From an uncultured Gemmatimonadales bacterium (lineage in GTDB: Bacteria; Gemmatimonadota; Gemmatimonadetes; Longimicrobiales; RSA9), in contig CAVUKA010000001.1 of assembly GCA_963741945.1 (NCBI GenBank), positions 1,024,001-1,088,000 of the forward strand: a stretch of DNA of 64,000 nucleotides, given 5' to 3'. The notes below the pieces were generated by a model. It was not told the origin of the DNA and did no database searches. It saw only the letters and a list, made by a program, of their open reading frames with translations. Shown here one piece after another: positions 58,101 to 64,000 of this stretch (positions are counted from its first letter, which is position 1; every line of letters begins with the position of its first letter). The translations under genes were made by a program, and so were the position numbers.

Positions 58101-58254
58101 CAACTTCGCCGGTGCCACATCGGTGCCCGGCGTGTTCGCGTGCGGTGATGCGGCGTTCGGCCACGGCACGGTGACGCAGGCGGTGGCCACGGGCCGCCGC
58201 GCGGCCGAGCTGGCGAGCAACCCGTTGAAGAAAGGGGCGACCCGTGAGCGATAA
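55165..58254 (+). CDS. iorA: Indolepyruvate:ferredoxin oxidoreductase alpha subunit fused to a GltD-like FAD/NAD(P)H oxidoreductase
   Basis: GNQAIARG, YPGTPSTEI, MKHVGVNVAAD, SSQNEQD, LCPGCAH, GDIGCY, GDSTF, two ferredoxin motifs; then NPLPAVSARVCPHPC, GSGPAG, IGGGNTAIDCAR, YRR, GDAAFG. Confidence 0.85.
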   Translation: MMDKGAAARPERQERASAVREAGGASRGRRLLLSGNQAIARGAWEAGVRVGAGYPGTPSTEILEALSHLDGVDCEWSPNEKVALEVAVGASLGGARALATMKHVGVNVAADPLFSAAYMGVNGGLVVVSADDPGMHSSQNEQDNRLFARHARLPLLEPSTPADARRFTTAAFAVSERYDTPVLLRTTTRLSHGTGPVEAGEREAVGLRAYHKDRQKNVVLPAHGRVRHRWIEEERMPALAAEAERWAEAEPGDGDVAFITAGIPYLYVREAFPAAPVLRLGMTYPLPEIAVRRFAEEHAGKRLYVVEELEPFLEEQIRALGLALEARTWPRYGELTVRLLRRAAGAPEEGTAEETAANAKGAVGDAPPVLPSRPPALCPGCAHRGVFHALGRMDAIVSGDIGCYTLGALAPLDAMDACMNMGASIGMAHGMEKVLPPDEGKRVVSVIGDSTFYHSGVTGLMDVVYNRGKGTVVVLDNRTTAMTGHQDHPGTGHTLGNAEAPRIDIGGIARAVGVDDVRSVDPYDLLGAWRTLDDATRTQAPSVVVAGKPCVLKEKVSFGDPVFLDADRCTECFACTRLGCPAIEESDGRLAVNDLLCNGCTLCQQVCADCNAGIDVSLMLELVDQGRLSDALELVLRSNPLPAVSARVCPHPCDHDVNALGFPQAATYAARHPSLVERFPDGARKISVRAVEQFLGDWAIENYPADALSPAEEMGRSVAVVGSGPAGLSAAWHLRRKGWRVTVFEADEAPGGMLRSGIPPFRLAREVLDAELGRFTAIGIEFRTAARIGRDITVAELSEEHDAVIIAVGRHAPRTIPLEGAEAYGSSVLGGLEFLRRFNAGEAVPLGRRVTVIGGGNTAIDCARAARRLGATVDVVYRRTEAEMPAIPDEVEEAREEGVTFRFQRSPVRALGEGGRLTSLETIAMAQGDPDESGRRRPDPVAESEEVEPCDAVILAVGEDTDLALLAGSGIRAGDRIDVNFAGATSVPGVFACGDAAFGHGTVTQAVATGRRAAELASNPLKKGATRER

Positions 58255-58981
58255 GACGAGGGAGTCGGGATCCGGGGACCCGCAGGTCGCGGCCACGGCC
58301 GTGGAAGAAGCCGGCGCGGACGCCGCAGCTCGCTCCGAGCGGGTGTCCGACCGCAGCGGCGGCCTCCCCCCCACCGGCCACGGCGATGTGATGAACATCG
58401 TGCTTGCGGGCGTTGGCGGTCAGGGCTCCGTCCTCGCCACCCGGGTGCTGGCCACGGCGGCGGCGATCGCGGGGCACCAGGTCGTGACCTCGGAAGTGCA
58501 CGGCATGTCGCAGCGCGGCGGAACGGTTCTGACCACGGTGCGCTTCGGCGACTCGGTTCTGTCCTCCTCCATCCCGGAGGGCGAAGCCGACTTCCTGGTG
58601 GCCTTCGAGCGCCTCGAGGCCGCGCGGCACCTGTCCCTGGTGGAACCCGGCGGGATCGTGCTGGTGAACGACCAGCGCATCGCGCCGAGCATCGAATCGC
58701 TGAAGACCGCCGGCTACCCCCGCGACCTCGAGCCGAGTGCGGAGGCGCGCGGCATCACGCTGCTGACCTTCCCGGCGCTGGCGCTGGCCAGGGAGCTGGG
58801 AAACGAGAAGCTGTCCAGCACGATCATGCTGGGCGCGCTGTCGAACTACCTGTTCATTGCCCGGGAGCAGTGGCTGGAAGCGATCCGGCGGACGGTCCCG
58901 CCGAGGACGGTGGAAGCGAACGAAGCCGCGTTCGACACGGGCGCCGAGTGGATGGTGGGCCCCGCGGCGTTCAGCTTCTGA
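58244..58981 (+). CDS. iorB: Indolepyruvate:ferredoxin oxidoreductase beta subunit
   Basis: GVGGQG, SEVHGMSQRGG, FERLEAAR; start may instead be ATG 58391. Confidence 0.85.
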   Translation: MSDKTRESGSGDPQVAATAVEEAGADAAARSERVSDRSGGLPPTGHGDVMNIVLAGVGGQGSVLATRVLATAAAIAGHQVVTSEVHGMSQRGGTVLTTVRFGDSVLSSSIPEGEADFLVAFERLEAARHLSLVEPGGIVLVNDQRIAPSIESLKTAGYPRDLEPSAEARGITLLTFPALALARELGNEKLSSTIMLGALSNYLFIAREQWLEAIRRTVPPRTVEANEAAFDTGAEWMVGPAAFSF

Positions 58982-60077
58982 CCCTGGAGATCGGCGCCTC
59001 GTAGTCCCTCGCCCTCTCCATCCCGGCCAGCACCCGCGCGGCCCCTTCGGCCAGCGCCCGCAGCTCGTCTTCGCCGGGGTAGACCCGGACGTCCGCGATC
59101 CAGGTCAGCGCATCCGCGAGCCCGCCCGTCAGCGCCCGGCTGCGCGCCATTCCACCAGTGAGGAGAACGGCGTCGACGCGGCCGCCGAGCGCGGCGGCCA
59201 TGGCGCCGATCTCCTTGCGGATCTGGTAGGACATGGCGAGGAGAACGACGCGAGCATGATCGTCGCCGGCGGCGATGCGCGCTTCCACCTCCCTGAGGTC
59301 CCGGGTGCCGAGATAGGACACGAGACCGCCCTCGCGGAAGAGCCGGCGGTCCGCCTCGGCCATGGTCCAATCCTCCTCCAGGGCGCGCTCCATGAGGCGC
59401 ATCACCGGCACGCTGCCGGCCCGCTCGGTGGAAAACGGCCCTTCCTCCCGGGGGTTGTTCACGTCGACCATGCGCCCGCCCCGGTGTGCCGACACGCTCA
59501 CGCCGCTCCCGAGATGGGCCACCACCAGGCGCAGCTCGTCGTACGAACGACCCACCTCGGCGGCGTAGCGCTTCGCCACGGCCTTGGTGTTGAGCGCGTG
59601 GGAGAGGCAGACGCGATCCAGCCCCGCCAGTCCCGAAAGCCGGGCCACGTCATCCCACTCGTCCACGCTCACGGGGTCCACGATGAATGCCGGGCACCCG
59701 GCCTCGTCGGCCAGTCGGCGAGCCAGGAACGCGCCCAGATTGGACGCGTGCTCGCCCCGCCCCGCCGCGCGCAGGTCCTCCAACATGGCATCGGTCACGC
59801 GGTACGTCCCGCTGGCCAGCGGGCGCAGCAGTCCACCCCGCCCCACCACCGCGTCCATGTCGCCAGGTTCCACGCCGTGCCGTGACAGGGCCCCGCGCAC
59901 CGCATCCAGGCGCATGTCCTGCTGCTCCAGGATCGGCCGCCCACGGAACCCCGCCAGCACCGCGTCATCGTGGGTGGCCGCGTGCTCGAACACCACCGCG
60001 TCGCCGGAGAAGACCGCCAGCTTCGTGCTGGTCGACCCGGGATTGAGAGCCAGAATCAAGAACTCCTCCGCTGCCAT
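58971..60077 (-). CDS. buk: Butyrate/branched-chain carboxylate kinase
   Basis: LNPGSTSTK, VGRGGLLRP, HASNLG, DPVSVDE, HALNTKAVA, GPFSTERAG, YPGEDE. Confidence 0.9.
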   Translation of the reverse strand: MAAEEFLILALNPGSTSTKLAVFSGDAVVFEHAATHDDAVLAGFRGRPILEQQDMRLDAVRGALSRHGVEPGDMDAVVGRGGLLRPLASGTYRVTDAMLEDLRAAGRGEHASNLGAFLARRLADEAGCPAFIVDPVSVDEWDDVARLSGLAGLDRVCLSHALNTKAVAKRYAAEVGRSYDELRLVVAHLGSGVSVSAHRGGRMVDVNNPREEGPFSTERAGSVPVMRLMERALEEDWTMAEADRRLFREGGLVSYLGTRDLREVEARIAAGDDHARVVLLAMSYQIRKEIGAMAAALGGRVDAVLLTGGMARSRALTGGLADALTWIADVRVYPGEDELRALAEGAARVLAGMERARDYEAPISRVRS

Positions 60078-60108
60078 GACGCGTCCCCGCCTCCCTCGCA
60101 TGCCCGCC

Positions 60109-61038
60109 TCATCCCGCCCGTCCGACCAGTGCACCCAGGGCGATGGAGTGCAGCTTGTCTTCCGCGCTTTCAACGCGCGACGGGATCAGGATCGGCACCG
60201 CGGCGCCCGTGACCACGTGGGCCGTGATCGAACCGCCGAAGTACTTGACCCCTTTGCCCAGGATGTTCCCCGCATCGATCCCGGGGGTGACCATGATGTC
60301 GGCGGCCCCCGCCACCGGACCCGTGATCCCCTTCGCCCGGGCTGCCGAAGGGAGCAGCGCGTTGTCGAGGGCCAGCGGCCCGGCGACGTCGGCGTTCGGC
60401 AGCGCCCGCGCAGCCCACTCGGCGGTGTCGCGGGCGAGCACGGTGGAGGGGACGGCATCGGTGACCACTTCGGTGGCGCTGAGGAGAGCCACGCGCGGCC
60501 GCTCGTAGCCGAGGGCGCGGAACACCGCCACGGCGTTGGCCACGATCTCCCGCAGCGCCGCCGCATCCGGGGCGGGCGTGATCCCGCCGTCCGTGACCCC
60601 CACCAGCCGCACTGAGCCGGAGAGCGCGTCCTCGTAGAGGAGAACATCGGAGAGCAGTCGGCCCGTCCGCAGCCCGCGCTCCCGACGGAGCGCCGCCTTC
60701 AGGAGCTGGTCCGTCCGCAGCGCACCTTTGAGCAGGATGCCCACCTCTCGCGTCACGGCCAGCTCCACCGCCGCGGCCGCGGCCTCCTCCGGAGTTGCAG
60801 CCCTCACCCAGCGGGCGTGGTCCAGCCCGCGGATCGACCCGGCCTCGATGACCGCGCGGATCCGATCCGCATCGCCCACCAGGACGGGCGAGGCGATCCC
60901 CTCCGTCGCGGCCGCCCCGACCGCGGCCAGCGCCGACGCGCTGTCAGCGGCCACTACCGCCACGGAAACGGGCCGGGATTCCCTGGCCCGTGCCCGGAGC
61001 TCAGCGAAGGAACGGATCGGTGCTGTGAGCGTCGGCAT
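60109..61038 (-). CDS. ptb: Phosphate butyryl/acyltransferase
   Basis: LKGALRT, LLSDV, TDGG, GPLALDNA, GNILGK, SRVESAEDK; upstream of buk. Confidence 0.85.
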   Translation of the reverse strand: MPTLTAPIRSFAELRARARESRPVSVAVVAADSASALAAVGAAATEGIASPVLVGDADRIRAVIEAGSIRGLDHARWVRAATPEEAAAAAVELAVTREVGILLKGALRTDQLLKAALRRERGLRTGRLLSDVLLYEDALSGSVRLVGVTDGGITPAPDAAALREIVANAVAVFRALGYERPRVALLSATEVVTDAVPSTVLARDTAEWAARALPNADVAGPLALDNALLPSAARAKGITGPVAGAADIMVTPGIDAGNILGKGVKYFGGSITAHVVTGAAVPILIPSRVESAEDKLHSIALGALVGRAG

Positions 61039-61205
61039 GCCGGCAATATGCCCGCGCGGGGAATCGGGTGCCAGTCAGGCCCGGTCTACCGGCGGGTAAG
61101 GGATTTCCCCGCCCCGTCGCGGTGAATCCTCCTGATTGCCGCTCGCACGCACGGGAGCTTAGGCTGCCAGCACGGCCAGAACCGAACCAAGCGAGGGTAC
61201 CTCTT

Positions 61206-62543
61206 ATGGGCCGGACACGGACATTGATTCTTGGAGCCGCCGGACGCGACTTCCACAACTTCAACGTACTTTACAGGAACGACCCCGACACCGAGGTGGT
61301 GGGATTCACAGCCGAGCAGATCCCCCACATCGACGATCGCCGCTATCCGCCCGAGCTCGCGGGCGAGCTTTACCCGAACGGGATTCCGATCCACCCGGAG
61401 CGCCAGCTGGAAGAGCTGATCGCCGAGCTCGATGTCGAGCGCTGCATCATGGCGTACTCGGACGTCTCCTACGCCTACGTCATGGGGCTGGCGGCCCGGG
61501 TCAATACGGCTGGCGCGGATTTCACAATGCTGGGCGCCGAGCCCACCATGGTGAAGTCCACCAAGCCGGTGGTGGCCGTCTGCGCATCCCGCACGGGCGC
61601 CGGAAAGAGCCAGACCAGCCGCGCCGTGGTCCGGCTGCTGCGCGACGCGGGGAAGAAGGTGGCGGTGATCCGGCACCCCATGCCGTACGGCGACCTGGTC
61701 AAGCAGCGCGTCCAGCGCTTCGCGACCGAGGAGGACCTTGTTCGGCACGAGGTCACCATCGAGGAGCGCGAGGAGTACGAGCCGCACATGGCGGCGGGCA
61801 GCGTGGTGTTCGCCGGCGTGGACTACGAGGCGATCCTGCGCGAGGCGGAGAAGGAAGCGGACGTCATCCTCTGGGATGGCGGCAACAACGACTTCTCCTT
61901 CTACAAGCCGGACGTGTACATCACCCTCGTGGACCCGCACCGCGCCGGGCACGAGCTCAGCTATTATCCCGGTGAGATCAACGTCCGTCTGGCGGACGCG
62001 GTCCTGGTGAACAAAGTTGATACGGCGTCCATGGACGATGTGCTCCAGGTCGAGGACAACGTCCGGAAGGTGAATCCGGGAGCGGTTCTCCTGGAAGGCG
62101 CTTCGCCTCTCTTCCTCGACGACCCGGACGTGCTCCGCGGACGTCGCGTCCTGTGCATCGAGGACGGGCCGACGCTGACGCACGGCGGGATGACCTACGG
62201 CGCCGCGGTGATCGGCGCGCGCAAGGCCGGCGCCGCGGAGCTGGTCGACGCTCGGCCGTTCGCCGTGGGCGAGATCGCGAGCACGTTCCAGCGCTATCCC
62301 GGAATCGGCACCCTGCTCCCCGCCATGGGGTACGGTGAGCAGCAGGTGAAGGATCTCGAGGCGACGCTGCGCAAGGCCGCCGAAGGTGGCGTCGAGGCCG
62401 TTGCCATCGGCACGCCCATCAACCTCGCGCGGCTCGTGGACATTCCGGTGCCGTACACGCGCGTCCGCTACGAGCTCCAGGTGATCGGGAGCCCGACCCT
62501 GCGTGACGTGCTGGCGCCGGTGCTCGGGACGTCGCCGAAGTAG
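61206..62543 (+). CDS. cDPG-synthetase-like P-loop NTPase, ArcE (arginine synthetase)-like
   Basis: ILGAAGRDFHNFN, QIPHID.R.YP.ELAG.LYP.GIPI, RTGAGKSQT, RHPMPYG, TIEEREEYE, WDGGNND, EDGPTLTHG. Confidence 0.7.
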   Translation: MGRTRTLILGAAGRDFHNFNVLYRNDPDTEVVGFTAEQIPHIDDRRYPPELAGELYPNGIPIHPERQLEELIAELDVERCIMAYSDVSYAYVMGLAARVNTAGADFTMLGAEPTMVKSTKPVVAVCASRTGAGKSQTSRAVVRLLRDAGKKVAVIRHPMPYGDLVKQRVQRFATEEDLVRHEVTIEEREEYEPHMAAGSVVFAGVDYEAILREAEKEADVILWDGGNNDFSFYKPDVYITLVDPHRAGHELSYYPGEINVRLADAVLVNKVDTASMDDVLQVEDNVRKVNPGAVLLEGASPLFLDDPDVLRGRRVLCIEDGPTLTHGGMTYGAAVIGARKAGAAELVDARPFAVGEIASTFQRYPGIGTLLPAMGYGEQQVKDLEATLRKAAEGGVEAVAIGTPINLARLVDIPVPYTRVRYELQVIGSPTLRDVLAPVLGTSPK

Positions 62544-62594
62544 AAGAGGGGCCGAGCCGGTCGGGGCCCGAGAAGTCCGCGGGACCCGGGAACG

Positions 62595-62626
62595 GCGGCC
62601 ACCGACCCCGGTCGGTGGCCGCTTTC
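62595..62626 (+). terminator. Intrinsic terminator-like hairpin
   Basis: gcggccaccgac / gtcggtggccgc perfect stem followed by tttc. Confidence 0.65.
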
Positions 62627-62711
62627 GCGGGCCTGCCGCGTGTTCGTTCTGGCGTCTTTCCCCGCCGGGGGTCGGAAAGACGTTCATTCACGAGGTAGAG
62701 GAGGGAATGCC

Positions 62712-63191
62712 ATGCGACGAATCGCACCACTGGCGGCCATTGCCGCCGCGCTCGCCATTGCTGCATGCGGAAAGGAAGAAGCCCCGCCGGTGCGATCGCA
62801 GCAGGCACAGGTGGACACGGCGGCTCAGGCGTACAATCCCGTCATGTTCGATACCGTGAAGTGGGCCAGCGAGAGCGAAGCCATCGCGCGCGGGCGCGAC
62901 ATCTTCAAGTGGGCTTGCGCCGAATGCCATGGCCCCGAGGGCCTCGGCGACGGCGGCCGCGTCATCGACGGGGACACCCTCCATCCCCCCTCGTTCCGGC
63001 AGCCCGGCTGGCGCTTCGCCAACGATCCCGCGGCGCTGCAGAAGCAGGTGTTCGTGGGCAATACGCTCGGCATGCCGCACTGGGGGCTGCGCGAGATGCG
63101 CCCGCGGGACATCGTCGCGGTGGAGAAGTACATCCGGCTGGAGCTGATCCGGGGCGGCGCTTCCCAGAGTGGCACGCCAGGAGCGGAGTAG
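62712..63191 (+). CDS. Monoheme c-type cytochrome lipoprotein
   Basis: Lipobox IAAC, CAECHG..G.GDG, distal Met in GMPHW. Confidence 0.85.
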   Translation: MRRIAPLAAIAAALAIAACGKEEAPPVRSQQAQVDTAAQAYNPVMFDTVKWASESEAIARGRDIFKWACAECHGPEGLGDGGRVIDGDTLHPPSFRQPGWRFANDPAALQKQVFVGNTLGMPHWGLREMRPRDIVAVEKYIRLELIRGGASQSGTPGAE

Positions 63192-63216
63192 TCCCGGGAG
63201 CGGAGAGCGTCGCCGG

Positions 63217-64000
63217 CTGAATATACCCGCCGGCGATGCCGTGGCCGGGGTGAGCATGGCATTCATCCTCATCCCGCAGGCGCTGGCGTATGCCCAGGTG
63301 GCGGGCATGCCGGCTCACGTGGGCCTCTACGCCGCCGCCCTGCCACCGCTCGCGGCAGCGTTCTTCGCCTCATCGCCATGGCTCCAGACGGGGCCCTCGG
63401 CCGTCACCGCGATCCTGACGGCGGGGGCCCTCGCGCCGCTGGCCGTGCCGGGAACGCCCGAGTACGTTCGGCTCGGCGCGCTCCTGGCGCTGGCGGTGGG
63501 CGTGATCCGGATCGCGTTCGGCGCACTGCGCGCGGGGCGGATCGTCTTCCTCATGTCCGAGCCCGTGCTGCGCGGGTTCACCGTGGGCGCTGCGATCCTG
63601 ATCCTTCTCTCCCAGATCCCGTCGGTGCTGGGGCTCGCGCCGAGTGATGCCGGGATCGGGGCGGCGCTCGCGGCCGCGACCCGTGTATCCGAGTGGAACC
63701 CGCAGGCGCTGGGGCTGGCCGCCGGCACCATCATCATCGTGGCCGTGGCCCGACGGATCCACCCGCTGGTTCCGGCGATCGTGGTGGTGACCGCGGGCGG
63801 GATCTGGCTCAGCGCCCGCGGCCTGTACCACGGCCCGACCATCGGCGCGGTGCCCGAGGGACTCCCGCCGCTCGGGCTGTCCTTCCCCTGGCGATCCACG
63901 CCCTGGCTGCTGCTTCCCGGCGTGGTCATCGCGCTGGCCGGGTTCTCGGAAGCGGCGTCCATCGCCCGGACATACGCGGCGAAGGAGCGGCAGCGCTGGG
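63217..64000 (+). CDS. SulP-family anion transporter, truncated by window edge
   Basis: DAVAGVSMAFILIPQALAYAQVAGMP..VGLYAA, QTGPSA, SEPVLRGF; start uncertain. Confidence 0.85.
   Translation, partial: MNIPAGDAVAGVSMAFILIPQALAYAQVAGMPAHVGLYAAALPPLAAAFFASSPWLQTGPSAVTAILTAGALAPLAVPGTPEYVRLGALLALAVGVIRIAFGALRAGRIVFLMSEPVLRGFTVGAAILILLSQIPSVLGLAPSDAGIGAALAAATRVSEWNPQALGLAAGTIIIVAVARRIHPLVPAIVVVTAGGIWLSARGLYHGPTIGAVPEGLPPLGLSFPWRSTPWLLLPGVVIALAGFSEAASIARTYAAKERQRW

Noticed and set aside
55600-58398. Long antisense ORFs (932 aa here; also 51728-54307, 37407-39971, 16190-18478 and others)
   Set aside because: Shadow ORFs opposite well-supported genes, expected at high GC, with no recognisable motifs
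46076-61038. Aromatic cluster as a recently acquired genomic island
   Set aside because: No integrase, tRNA, flanking repeats or evident GC shift by eye

Overview
This is a GC-rich (roughly 70%) bacterial chromosomal window with about 54 genes. I found no rRNA, tRNA, CRISPR array, prophage or transposase. Gene style (ADOP permease, pilin type, carboxypeptidase-regulatory/plug protein) suggests Gemmatimonadota, but that is an inference. From left to right it holds: (1) a type IV pilin locus with two sigma54 two-component systems, a GT2 and two pilins; (2) an HExxH/PD40/Omp85 outer-membrane protein, an ADP-forming acyl-CoA ligase, cls, mpl, a small 8-heme cytochrome, ettA and an MFS transporter; (3) a metal-uptake operon with no ATPase gene, led by a RAPP ribosome-arrest-type upstream ORF, with a 132-bp inverted-repeat element inserted in frame in the binding-protein gene; (4) tryptophanase, TrmH, an ADOP permease, a sugar-salvage operon and several peptidases; (5) the main highlight, a PaaX-led anaerobic benzoyl-CoA pathway operon (paaX-oah-dch-bcrC-bcrB-two activases-small CxxC ORF-had). 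It is divergent from maoC, an IorA fused to a GltD-like flavin/NAD(P)H module, and iorB, followed by ptb-buk, an ArcE-like arginine synthetase, a c-type cytochrome and a partial SulP. Several clear sigma54 -24/-12 promoters are visible. All product calls come from motif recognition without database searches.
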